Below, piece by piece: positions 9,591 through 18,899 of a DNA stretch of 64,000 bases. The notes under the pieces were generated by a model, which saw only the letters and a program-made list of their open reading frames with translations, was not told the DNA's origin and did not search any database. Every line of letters begins with the position of its first letter. Within the stretch, counting starts at the first letter, position 1. The DNA lies in the NCBI GenBank assembly GCA_965195285.1, contig CBDAFS010000055.1, positions 1-64,000 on the forward strand. Direction: 5' to 3'. This DNA is from an uncultured Aminicenantes bacterium. Its GTDB lineage: Bacteria > Acidobacteriota > Aminicenantia > UBA2199. The position numbers and the translations under genes were made by a program.

Positions 9591-11527
9591 CCATACATGG
9601 AAAAATTGCTTACATCGACCTATCCACCGGGCAAATCCAGATCAAATCCATTCCCCTTGAAATCCGGAAAAAATTTCTGGGGGGCCGGGGGCTGGATGCC
9701 TATCTATTATACAATCATACTGAAAAAGGCTGTGATCCCCTTGGACCGGGTAATTCACTCATGATTAGCGGAGGAATTTTAGCTGCCACCTGCGCCTCGG
9801 CAACCGCCCGAACACATATCATGGCCAAGTCTCCCCTGACTGGTTTGCTGGGGAGTGCCAACATGGGAGGGTTCTTTGCCCCGGAACTGGCCTGGGCAGG
9901 CTTTCATCATCTGGTCATCAAGGGAAAGGCTGAAAAACCGGTTTACATCTGGATTCATAATCAAGCTATCGAGATACGTGATGCATCCAACCTCTGGGGA
10001 AAAACTACAACTGAAACCCAGTGGGCTATTCGAAAAGAACTGAAAGATGAAGAAATAAAAAGCATGGTCATCGGGCCGGCCGGTGAGAACCTGGTGAGTT
10101 TTGCCAATGTCATGACCGGGATTAAAAATTCAGGCGGAAGAAGCGGGATGGGTGCGGTTATGGGATCAAAGAATCTTAAAGCAGTAGCTGTCAGGGGAAC
10201 CATGGATGTACCGATCGCTCATCCCAAAGAGGCGATTGAATACAACAAACACTTTATTGATCAAATTGTCAGTTCCAAGGTCAACCAGACCCAGGGGACC
10301 CTGGGAACCCCCTTCATCTGGGGGGCCACAAATTCCTGGGGCGGAATCAGAACCCGCAATTTCCAACTCAACCAACTTGAATATGCCGATGATATCGAAC
10401 CGGAACGGATCGATGAGATATGCAACGAAACCATGGGACCCTACCATATGGTCAGCTGTTTCGGCTGCCAGGTTCACTGCCGGGCTCAGTATAAAATCCC
10501 CTCGGGCCCCTATGCGGGAAAATACGACGAGGGCCCCGAATACACCTCTCAGGGGGCTTTCGGTGCCGAGCCGGATTGCCGGAGTGCGGAAACCGTCTTG
10601 ACCGGCAATCATCTGGTGGATCAGTATGGAATGGATAACCTGGAGACCGGCAGTATTATCTCCTGGGCCATGGAACTGTATGAACTGGGTATCCTGGATA
10701 AAAAACAAACCGATGGGCTGGATTTAAAATTCGGAAATGACGAGGCATTGTTGGAAATGACCCATCGCATTTGTTACCGAAAGGGTTGGCTGGGTGACAC
10801 CCTGGCAGATGGTGGAATCCCGGCCTCTGAAAAAATAGGTAAAAATGCCTTTGATTACCTGATTCAGGTCAAAGGTATGAACAATTTGCATTCCGATGAA
10901 CGGGCCACCCCGGCACTGGCTCTGGGGATTGCCACCGCATCCAGAGGATCAGATCATTTAAGAAGCCGACCCGCCATCGATCTTTACCACCTTCCAGAAA
11001 AAGTTCTGAGGAAAATATACAGTAACCCCGTTCCCTATGAGGGTCCCCTGAGCTCAGATCACACTTCTTATATCGGAAAGGCCTGGATGGTATTCTGGCA
11101 GGAAAATTGTTACATGGCTGTGGACTGTCTGGGCATCTGCAAATACCACACCCTGTTCCTGGGGGCCACCCATCCCAATTTTGAAGACTGGCCCAATGTT
11201 ATTTACTACAATACCGGTCTACAGATGACCCCCCGGGAAATCTGGGACATCGCCGAGCGCTGCAACAACATTGAACGCCTTTTCAACCTTAGAGAGGGCC
11301 TGCAGCGAAATGATTTGAAAAAGGGGGACAACCTGAACCACCGTTATTTTGATGAACCCTGTAAACTCGGGGCCCCGGACGTGATCGGAGCCTGTATAGA
11401 CAGGGATAAATTCGAACAGATGATTGACGAATACTACGAACACCATGGCTGGGACAGAAACGGCATTCCTGAAGCAGGAACGCTCAAACGGCTGGGATTG
11501 GATGGAGAACCATCCAATCTGATCTAA
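9587..11527 (+). CDS. aor: Tungsten aldehyde:ferredoxin oxidoreductase (AOR/WOR family)
   Basis: LGGRG, KSPLTG, GPAGEN, GAVMGSKNLKA, CFGCQVHC, GPEY, DQYGMD, RGSDHL, YYEHHGWD. Confidence 0.92.
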   Translation: MTIHGKIAYIDLSTGQIQIKSIPLEIRKKFLGGRGLDAYLLYNHTEKGCDPLGPGNSLMISGGILAATCASATARTHIMAKSPLTGLLGSANMGGFFAPELAWAGFHHLVIKGKAEKPVYIWIHNQAIEIRDASNLWGKTTTETQWAIRKELKDEEIKSMVIGPAGENLVSFANVMTGIKNSGGRSGMGAVMGSKNLKAVAVRGTMDVPIAHPKEAIEYNKHFIDQIVSSKVNQTQGTLGTPFIWGATNSWGGIRTRNFQLNQLEYADDIEPERIDEICNETMGPYHMVSCFGCQVHCRAQYKIPSGPYAGKYDEGPEYTSQGAFGAEPDCRSAETVLTGNHLVDQYGMDNLETGSIISWAMELYELGILDKKQTDGLDLKFGNDEALLEMTHRICYRKGWLGDTLADGGIPASEKIGKNAFDYLIQVKGMNNLHSDERATPALALGIATASRGSDHLRSRPAIDLYHLPEKVLRKIYSNPVPYEGPLSSDHTSYIGKAWMVFWQENCYMAVDCLGICKYHTLFLGATHPNFEDWPNVIYYNTGLQMTPREIWDIAERCNNIERLFNLREGLQRNDLKKGDNLNHRYFDEPCKLGAPDVIGACIDRDKFEQMIDEYYEHHGWDRNGIPEAGTLKRLGLDGEPSNLI

Positions 11528-11547
11528 ATGGATAAGGGGGAAAACCT

Positions 11548-12033
11548 ATGGCTAAAACACTGATAATCAATTATGAAAAATGTACCGGCTGCCGCCAGTG
11601 TGAACTGGTTTGCTCCGTGCACCATACCGGAAACAGCAATCCAACCCGGGCCAACATCCATGTAATCAAATGGGAAGACCGGGGATTTTATCTACCGGTA
11701 TTCTGCCAGCAATGCATTGACGCCCCCTGTATGAGCGTTTGCCCATCCAAGGCCATCGCCAGAGATGAAGTCCTGAACCGGGTGACCATCGATCAGGATC
11801 TCTGTATCGGCTGCAGGGCCTGTATCACCGCCTGCCCCTTCGGTGCCATGGGCTACGATCAGGTAGAAAAAAAAGTCATCAAATGTGATTTGTGCGAAGG
11901 GGATCCGTTATGTGTCCAGTTCTGCGAAACCCAGGCGATTGAATACGTGGATTCCAGTACCATCAATTTTGACAAAATGAGGGAAGCAGGGAAAAATTTC
12001 GCCGAACTCATGCTCAAGGCCTACGGTGGTTAG
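11548..12033 (+). CDS. 4x[4Fe-4S] electron-transfer subunit of AOR
   Basis: CTGCRQCELVC, CQQCIDAPCMSVCP, CIGCRACITACP, KCDLC...CVQFC. Confidence 0.9.
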   Translation: MAKTLIINYEKCTGCRQCELVCSVHHTGNSNPTRANIHVIKWEDRGFYLPVFCQQCIDAPCMSVCPSKAIARDEVLNRVTIDQDLCIGCRACITACPFGAMGYDQVEKKVIKCDLCEGDPLCVQFCETQAIEYVDSSTINFDKMREAGKNFAELMLKAYGG

Positions 12034-12054
12034 TGAATCACCAAACCGCAACCC

Positions 12055-13053
12055 ATGGATATCGTTTCACTCATTGAAGGCCCACTGTTGGAGATAGTTT
12101 TTATCTTCTTTGCTCTGGGGCTACTGATCCGTATCATTTTCTTTCTAACCTCGGTTCTTAAAAGCGACAAATCCAAACGCCTGAAGTGGAAGCATGTCCT
12201 GCCCACGCTCTTCAGATCCCTTCTGCCACTGCACAGGGCCTTTTCCAAAAAACCCGTATACACCCTACTCCGCTACCTGTTCCATCTTTGCCTGGTGGTG
12301 GTGCCAATCTTTTTTTACGGACATATTGTACTGTGGGAATCGTCCTGGCTGGAATTATCCTGGCAATCGATACCCGATATCCTGGCCGATTGGATGACCA
12401 TCCTCTTTATCGGGCTATCACTTTTCTTTCTGTTGAGAAGGATTCTGGTCTCGGATCTAAGAAAGGGTTCAAACCTGGCCGACTATTTGTTGATCCTGAT
12501 CGGGGCTACCACTTTTTTAAGCGGTTATTTTATAACCCACGGCACCCTTGACAACATTCCATTCTTTCTGGACCATATGCAAACCCTTCATATATTCAGC
12601 GGAGAGCTCATGATTGTCATGGCCATTTTTCTATTCCTGGGTTCACGCCTGGACAAAAAAAAATGCACCGGATGTGCAGCCTGTGAGTCCAGCTGTCCGA
12701 CCGGAACCCTGGAATCCCGGGATAGCGGCAAAACCAGGATTTTTTCTTACTCCCATTATTTGTGTATCAGCTGCGGAGCCTGTATTCAGGCCTGCCCGGA
12801 AAATGCCGCTGAATTGAGACATAAAATCGGCTTACAGCGATTATTTCAATTCCGCTCCCCACAGCCAATCCGAACCGTTGATCTGCAGGCCTGCCCCAGT
12901 TGCAACGCCCTTTTTGCCCCTGAATTGCAACTGGACCAGATTTCTCATCTGATCAGCGATGATTATATATTTTTATGTCCCCGCTGCAAAATGGTCAATA
13001 CGGCGGACCGCTTTCAGCAGTTGATTCCTGTATTTAAAAAATCAGAAAGTTGA
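12055..13053 (+). CDS. NarI/DsrM/TmcC-like membrane cytochrome b fused to a 2x[4Fe-4S] ferredoxin and a CxxC...CxxC tail
   Basis: About five hydrophobic helices with His in FHLC, GHIV and LHIF; then CTGCAACESSCP, CISCGACIQACP and CPSC/CPRC. Confidence 0.75.
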   Translation: MDIVSLIEGPLLEIVFIFFALGLLIRIIFFLTSVLKSDKSKRLKWKHVLPTLFRSLLPLHRAFSKKPVYTLLRYLFHLCLVVVPIFFYGHIVLWESSWLELSWQSIPDILADWMTILFIGLSLFFLLRRILVSDLRKGSNLADYLLILIGATTFLSGYFITHGTLDNIPFFLDHMQTLHIFSGELMIVMAIFLFLGSRLDKKKCTGCAACESSCPTGTLESRDSGKTRIFSYSHYLCISCGACIQACPENAAELRHKIGLQRLFQFRSPQPIRTVDLQACPSCNALFAPELQLDQISHLISDDYIFLCPRCKMVNTADRFQQLIPVFKKSES

Positions 13054-13131
13054 TCCAGGGGATTGAAATCATGGTCTTTTTTTTATAAAATAAAGGCTTG
13101 TCATTTTGTATTAAAATAACACAATAATAAG

Positions 13132-15246
13132 ATGAGACATGAATTAGATTACATATTCCGACCCCGCTCGGTGGCCGTTATCGGTGCATCCCGCCGAAAA
13201 GGCAGTATCGGACGCGAAATTCTGCACAAACTCCTGATGTATGAATTCAACGGAAAGGTATTTCCGGTCAATCCATCCGCCCAGGTCATTCACTCCATAA
13301 AATCCTACTCCACCATTCTGGATGTTCCGGATGCGGTTGACCTGGCCATTATCATTATTCCCAAGGAATCCGTAAAAGAAGTCGTTCGCCAGTGTGGCGA
13401 AAAAGGAGTCAAGGGACTGATTGTCATCACAGCCGGGTTTTCCGAGACCGGGCCGGAAGGCAGGGCCCGCGAACACGAAGTCCTGAAAGTGGTACGTGAA
13501 TACGGCATGCGCATGATCGGGCCCAATTGTTTCGGAGTGGTTAATGCCGACGCGGAAATCAATTTAAATGCCACCTTTGGGAAAACATCGCCCACTCAGG
13601 GAAATGTGGGGTTCATCACCCAGTCCGGTGCCATGGGCGAGGCCATCATGAACCATGCCAATGAACTGGGTATCGGCTTTTCCATCATTGCCAGCATCGG
13701 TAACAAGGCTGATATTTCCTCCAATGATATCCTGGAATATCTCAAGAATGATCCCAACACCGATGTGATCCTGATGTATCTGGAAAATTTCGGCAACCCC
13801 CGGAATTTTACCCGAATTGCCCGCGAAGTCTCTCGCCTGAAACCCATTGCTGCGGTTAAATCGGGCCGCACCAAACTGGGTGCTCAAGCCGCTTCGTCCC
13901 ATACCGGGGCACTGGCCGGAATGGATGTGGGTGTCGATGCATTGTTCGAGCAGACCGGGGTCATCCGGGTGGACACCATTGAAGAATTATTCGACGTGGC
14001 ATCAGCACTGTCTTCTCAACCGGTTCCCAAGGGGAACAAGGTGGTGGTGGTCACCAATGCCGGAGGCCCAGGTATCCTGGCCACCGACGCCATGATCAAT
14101 TCCGGAATGGAGATGCCCAGTTTGACCCCGTCCACGGTCAAGGAATTACGGAATTTTATTAGCAATGAAGCTTCCTTTTCAAACCCCATGGACATGGTTG
14201 CCGGGGCTGGTCCCCGGGAATTCAAACTGACCCTGGAATCAATTAAAAAAGACAAGCGGTTCGATATCATTGTGCCTATTTTTGTTCCACCGGTCATGCT
14301 GGATGAACTGGAAGTGGCACAACACATCCAAGCGGCCCTGGCCGGAACCGAAAAAGCCATATATGCCTGTCTGATGGGAGCCGGAGAAAGTTCCCCGGGA
14401 ATTGAATATTTGAAAACGCATGGCATTCCGGTTTATATTTTTCCGGAAGCCATTGCCAAAACTCTGGGTTCTATCAACAAATATAAAAACTGGCTCAGCC
14501 GGCCGGGGGGCAAATTTCATACCTTTAAGGTCAACACCGACCGGGTCAAACAAATCGTTGATCAAACCATCAAAAGAAAAGACGGAGTCATTGTGGGAGT
14601 TGAAGCCCTGAAAATTCTGGAAGCGTACGGCATCCAGGCAGCCCATTACCGGTATGCCCGCAATGTTCAGGAAGCCATCTCCATGGCCCGGAATATTTCC
14701 TATCCGGTGGTGATGAAAATCGCCTCACCTCAAATCCTGCACAAGACTGAAGCCGGGGGAGTCATTGTTGACCTGCGTTCCGATTCCGAAGTCGAAAATG
14801 CCTTTAAAAAATTAAAACAACGTGTTGAAAAGCTGAACAAAACCGATGATTTTTCAGTGGCCATCCAGCAGATGATCACCGGGGCCGTGGAAACGGTTAT
14901 CGGTATGACCACAGATCCGTCATTCGGCCCCCTGATCATGTTCGGCCTGGGCGGCATCTATGTTGAAATCATGAAAGACGTGGCCTTTCGCATCAATCCC
15001 TTAACCGACCAGAATGCCAAAGAAATGATCCGGTCACTTCATTCTTATCCGCTGCTGACCGGTTTCCGTGGAGCAGAACCGGTTCACCTGAAAACCATTG
15101 AAGAAACCCTGCTGCGTTTATCCCAGTTGGTCAAGGATTTTGATTGTTTTACCGAGATCGATATCAATCCCTTTATCGTTTCTCCGGAAAAAGAAAAATG
15201 CAAAGCGGTTGATGCCCGGTTCATTGTCAATAAAGGCAAAACCTGA
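13132..15246 (+). CDS. Acetate/acyl-CoA ligase (ADP-forming), fused alpha-beta
   Basis: CoA-binding AVIGAS, GPNCFG, QSGAMG, ASSHTGALAG phospho-His, TNAGGPG, ATP-grasp HKTEAGGV and DINP. Confidence 0.9.
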   Translation: MRHELDYIFRPRSVAVIGASRRKGSIGREILHKLLMYEFNGKVFPVNPSAQVIHSIKSYSTILDVPDAVDLAIIIIPKESVKEVVRQCGEKGVKGLIVITAGFSETGPEGRAREHEVLKVVREYGMRMIGPNCFGVVNADAEINLNATFGKTSPTQGNVGFITQSGAMGEAIMNHANELGIGFSIIASIGNKADISSNDILEYLKNDPNTDVILMYLENFGNPRNFTRIAREVSRLKPIAAVKSGRTKLGAQAASSHTGALAGMDVGVDALFEQTGVIRVDTIEELFDVASALSSQPVPKGNKVVVVTNAGGPGILATDAMINSGMEMPSLTPSTVKELRNFISNEASFSNPMDMVAGAGPREFKLTLESIKKDKRFDIIVPIFVPPVMLDELEVAQHIQAALAGTEKAIYACLMGAGESSPGIEYLKTHGIPVYIFPEAIAKTLGSINKYKNWLSRPGGKFHTFKVNTDRVKQIVDQTIKRKDGVIVGVEALKILEAYGIQAAHYRYARNVQEAISMARNISYPVVMKIASPQILHKTEAGGVIVDLRSDSEVENAFKKLKQRVEKLNKTDDFSVAIQQMITGAVETVIGMTTDPSFGPLIMFGLGGIYVEIMKDVAFRINPLTDQNAKEMIRSLHSYPLLTGFRGAEPVHLKTIEETLLRLSQLVKDFDCFTEIDINPFIVSPEKEKCKAVDARFIVNKGKT

Positions 15247-15268
15247 AATAGATCAAGGAGGATAAGTC

Positions 15269-16018
15269 ATGGATTTAGGTTTACAAGGAAAAAATGCCAT
15301 CGTGACCGGAGGCAGCATGGGTATCGGAACCGCGGTTGCCCTGGCCCTGGCAACCGAAGGATGCAATGTGGCCATCAATTACCGCCGCCATGACAGCGAA
15401 GCCCGAGAGGTGATCAACCGGATCGAAAAGATGGGCCGGAAGGGTCTGGCCATCAAGGCCGATGTGGCCAGCTATGATGATGCCCATAACATGGTCAGAA
15501 CCGTGGTGGACACCTTTGGGGGCCTGGACATCATGGTATGCAACGCCGGGATCAACTGGGACGGGGTCATCTGGAAAATGACCGAAGAGCAATGGGACCG
15601 GGTAATCAATGTAAATCTCAAGGGATACTTCAATTATAACAAGGCCGCAGCCCTGGCTTTCAAAGACCAGAAAAGCGGCAAGATCGTCAATATTTCTTCC
15701 ATCAACGGAATCCGGGGCAAATTCGGCCAGAGCAATTATGCGGCTTCCAAGGGCGGGGAAATTGCCATGAGCAAAACCCTGGCCCGTGAACTGGGTAAAT
15801 TCAACGTCAATGTCAATGTGGTGGCCCCGGGCATGGTTATGACTGAAATGGCCAGGAATATTCCGCCTGAATTTCTCAACAAGGCCATCGATGAAACCGT
15901 TCTGGGCCGGATCGCTTCACCGGAAGACTGCGCCAATGTGGTGGTTTTTTTATGTTCCCGGAAGGCACGGCATCTCACCGGTGAAGTGATAAAAGTTGAT
16001 GGCGGCCAGTATATATAG
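15269..16018 (+). CDS. SDR family oxidoreductase (3-oxoacyl-CoA/ACP reductase-like)
   Basis: TGGSMGIG, CNAG, NYAASK, VAPG, VDGG. Confidence 0.9.
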   Translation: MDLGLQGKNAIVTGGSMGIGTAVALALATEGCNVAINYRRHDSEAREVINRIEKMGRKGLAIKADVASYDDAHNMVRTVVDTFGGLDIMVCNAGINWDGVIWKMTEEQWDRVINVNLKGYFNYNKAAALAFKDQKSGKIVNISSINGIRGKFGQSNYAASKGGEIAMSKTLARELGKFNVNVNVVAPGMVMTEMARNIPPEFLNKAIDETVLGRIASPEDCANVVVFLCSRKARHLTGEVIKVDGGQYI

Positions 16019-16030
16019 GGAGATTTGAAA

Positions 16031-17185
16031 ATGAAAAGAATTGGAATCATCGGTATCGGCCACGGTGTTTTTGGCCGTCGCAGTGATGCAACCGTTCAGG
16101 AATTGGCTTTTGAAGCCTTTAAGCTAGCACTGGATGACGCCGGTATTGAACGGAAGAACCTGGATGCCTCGGTGATCGGTTCAGTACCTGAATATCACAA
16201 ACAGCGGTCACTTCCCGGAGTGGTTCAGGAATATCTGGGGTTGGTACCCAAACCCACCTGGCTCACCGAAGCGGCCTGTGCATCCGGAAGTGCTGCCATC
16301 CGCACCGCCTGGATGGCCATACAGTCCGGCTTTCACAACATCGTGGCGGTTATCGGCTGTCAGAAAATGACCGAACTTTCCACACCGGAAATACTGGGCC
16401 TGATGGGACGGGTGGGTGAAGTGCAATGGGAATCTATTTTTGGAACCACCTTTCCCGCCTATTATGCCATGTTTGCCCGGAAACACATGCATGAATTCGG
16501 CACCACCCGTGAACAGTTGGTGGAAGTAGCCATAAAAAACCATTTTTACGGCGCCAAGAATCCTAAGGCTCTGTTTCAAAAAGAGATAACCATGGAAAAG
16601 GCCCTGGAATCCGATGAGGTGGCCCTACCCTTCCAGATCTACGACTGCTGTGCCAACGCCGATGGCGCCGCCTGTGTGATCCTGGCCAACGAAGATCGGG
16701 CCAGAGATATTTCTAAAAAACCGGTCTGGCTGGATGGACTGGGTTGTGCCACCGCCAGCATGTCAATTTTACGCAGACCACACATGGTCGGCCTGCCCAG
16801 TGCGGAAACAGCCGCCTCTCAGGCCTATGAAATGGCCGGAGTCGGACCCGAAGATATCAAAATAGCCCAGGTGCATGACTGTTTCACCATTGCCGAAATC
16901 ATGGCCTATGAAGACCTGGGATTCTGTAAAAAAGGCGAGGGTGGAAATTTTATATCCGAACGCCAGAGTTACCTGGATGGGAAGACCCCGGTCAACGTTG
17001 ACGGGGGTTTAAAAGCCAAGGGGCATCCTATCGGTGCCACTGGTATTTCCCAGACCTATGAAATCGCTAAACAATTGAGAGGTGAAGCCGGAGAACGCCA
17101 GGTTCCGGAAGCCGATATCGGTTTAACCCATAATGTGGGTGGTATCGGGCAATACTGTTTTGTTCAGATACTAAGGAGGGATTAA
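16031..17185 (+). CDS. SCP-x-type thiolase (acetyl-CoA C-acyltransferase)
   Basis: EAACASG, VHDCFT, KGHPIGATG, HNVGG. Confidence 0.9.
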   Translation: MKRIGIIGIGHGVFGRRSDATVQELAFEAFKLALDDAGIERKNLDASVIGSVPEYHKQRSLPGVVQEYLGLVPKPTWLTEAACASGSAAIRTAWMAIQSGFHNIVAVIGCQKMTELSTPEILGLMGRVGEVQWESIFGTTFPAYYAMFARKHMHEFGTTREQLVEVAIKNHFYGAKNPKALFQKEITMEKALESDEVALPFQIYDCCANADGAACVILANEDRARDISKKPVWLDGLGCATASMSILRRPHMVGLPSAETAASQAYEMAGVGPEDIKIAQVHDCFTIAEIMAYEDLGFCKKGEGGNFISERQSYLDGKTPVNVDGGLKAKGHPIGATGISQTYEIAKQLRGEAGERQVPEADIGLTHNVGGIGQYCFVQILRRD

Positions 17186-17187
17186 GC

Positions 17188-17640
17188 ATGTTCAAGTGGT
17201 TCGGAAAAGTCAACTTTTCACCTTATACCAAGGTAGCTGATTTTGCCCAACACCTCAAGGACGGCTACCTGATGGGTTCGAAATGCCAGCAATGTGGAAC
17301 CCGGTCATTTCCGCCCCGGGCTGATTGTGAAAACTGTCTGAACAATAAATTCGAATTCTATGAATTGAGCGGCAGAGCCACTCTTCACACCTATACCAAA
17401 ATCGTGGCCGCTCCGATCGGTTTCGAACAGCTGGCCCCCTATATTGTTGGGGTAGTGGATCTGGAAGAGGGGGGAAGAGCCCTGGCCTGGTTCGGCACTA
17501 CCATCAAGGAAGAGGAAATCGAAATTGGCATGGAACTTCAAATGGTACCCCAGATATTTGAAGAAGAGGAAGATATCAAGGTGTATTATAGCCTGGAAAA
17601 ACCCGGAACTACCTGGGCCAAAACAGAATGCCAGCCATAA
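17188..17640 (+). CDS. DUF35 Zn-ribbon/OB-fold thiolase partner
   Basis: KCQQCGTRSFPPRADCENC and VVDLEEG; lies directly after an SCP-x thiolase. Confidence 0.88.
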   Translation: MFKWFGKVNFSPYTKVADFAQHLKDGYLMGSKCQQCGTRSFPPRADCENCLNNKFEFYELSGRATLHTYTKIVAAPIGFEQLAPYIVGVVDLEEGGRALAWFGTTIKEEEIEIGMELQMVPQIFEEEEDIKVYYSLEKPGTTWAKTECQP

Positions 17641-17688
17641 CTTTTTATATAAACTTTTAAATAGCAATCGATTGGCAAGGAGGTTAAC

Positions 17689-18897
17689 ATGAAAAAAGGA
17701 GACGGCATGTTTCCCGGCACCCGGATACCTTACGGGACCTGGGGAAGTAGTTATTTCCCGGCCTGGCAAACTACACCGCTGGCGGAAGTCAATATCGGGC
17801 AGTTTGCCGGTGAATCCATGAATAGAATTCTGGGAAAACGACATGTACCCAAAAACCTGCTTGAATACCTGGTGATCGGGTCCACGGTTCCCTGGCACTG
17901 GAAGTTCTGGAATGCACCGCTGGTTTCCAGCTATCTGGGTCACCGCATTCCCGGTTACCATATTGAACAGGCCTGTGCCACCGGATTGCAAGCAGTTTTA
18001 TTAGCCGGCTCTGAGGTTCAAAGTCAGACTTTCGAAGTGGTAGGTGTTCTCACTTTTGACCGGACCAGTGATTCACCGGCCGGTGTCTTTCCGGAACGTA
18101 GAACCCATCAAAGAACCTTTTCCCTCAGTGATGTGTGGGATAACTTCGGCTTTGATCCGGCAACCGGCAAAGCCATGATTGATACTGCCGGAAATGCCGC
18201 CCGAAAATACAAACTGGATCGCCGGGAAGTGGATGAACTGGCCTATTACCGTCATGTCCAATATTTTGAAACCCTGGAATCCGGTTTCCTGAACCGCATG
18301 ATCTTTCCCCTGGAGATTCTGAATGTCCAGGGACGTGTCATGGGCAAGGTAGACCGGGACGCCGGCATTCGCCAGATCAGTCTGGAATCCCTGCGAGCCA
18401 TGCGAGAGCTGAACACCTGCGTGACCAGTGGCACCCAGACCCATGCCTCGGATGGCATGTCAACCCTTCTGGTTGCCAGCCGTTCCAAAGCCAAAGAACT
18501 GAGTACCCGGCCGGAGATCGACATTCAATTTGTTGCCAAAACTGAAGTAAGAGCCCTGCCGGTCCTGATGCCGGAAGCACCGGTCCTGGCCGTGGAAAAG
18601 CTCCTCAAGCGAACCGGATTTTCCCTGGATGACATGGCCGTGATAAAAAACCACAATCCCTTTGCCCTGAACGATGTGATCTTTGCCAAACGCCTCGGTT
18701 ATGACTGGAAGAAAATGAATAAGACCGGATGTTCACTGGTGTGGGGCCACCCCCAGGGTCCTACCATGACCCGGTTGCTGATCGAAGCACTCGAAGAGGC
18801 AGTGGATTTGGGTGGCGGTTATGTGCTGCTCTTCGGTTGCGCAGCCGGAGATGTGGGCATTGCATCCATTTTTAAAGTCAGCGACGGAGGTAATTAA
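17689..18897 (+). CDS. Divergent thiolase family protein
   Basis: EQACATG, ASDG, NHNPFA (in place of NEAF), WGHPQG, FGCAAG. SD AAGGAGG. Confidence 0.8.
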   Translation: MKKGDGMFPGTRIPYGTWGSSYFPAWQTTPLAEVNIGQFAGESMNRILGKRHVPKNLLEYLVIGSTVPWHWKFWNAPLVSSYLGHRIPGYHIEQACATGLQAVLLAGSEVQSQTFEVVGVLTFDRTSDSPAGVFPERRTHQRTFSLSDVWDNFGFDPATGKAMIDTAGNAARKYKLDRREVDELAYYRHVQYFETLESGFLNRMIFPLEILNVQGRVMGKVDRDAGIRQISLESLRAMRELNTCVTSGTQTHASDGMSTLLVASRSKAKELSTRPEIDIQFVAKTEVRALPVLMPEAPVLAVEKLLKRTGFSLDDMAVIKNHNPFALNDVIFAKRLGYDWKKMNKTGCSLVWGHPQGPTMTRLLIEALEEAVDLGGGYVLLFGCAAGDVGIASIFKVSDGGN

Positions 18898-18899
18898 CC

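Noticed and set aside
9587-11527. AOR as the catalytic BamB subunit
   Set aside because: It keeps the AOR-type GPEY and RGSDH motifs and lacks the BamB W-ligating Cys segment as I recall it (MKCF). It also has its own promoter region.
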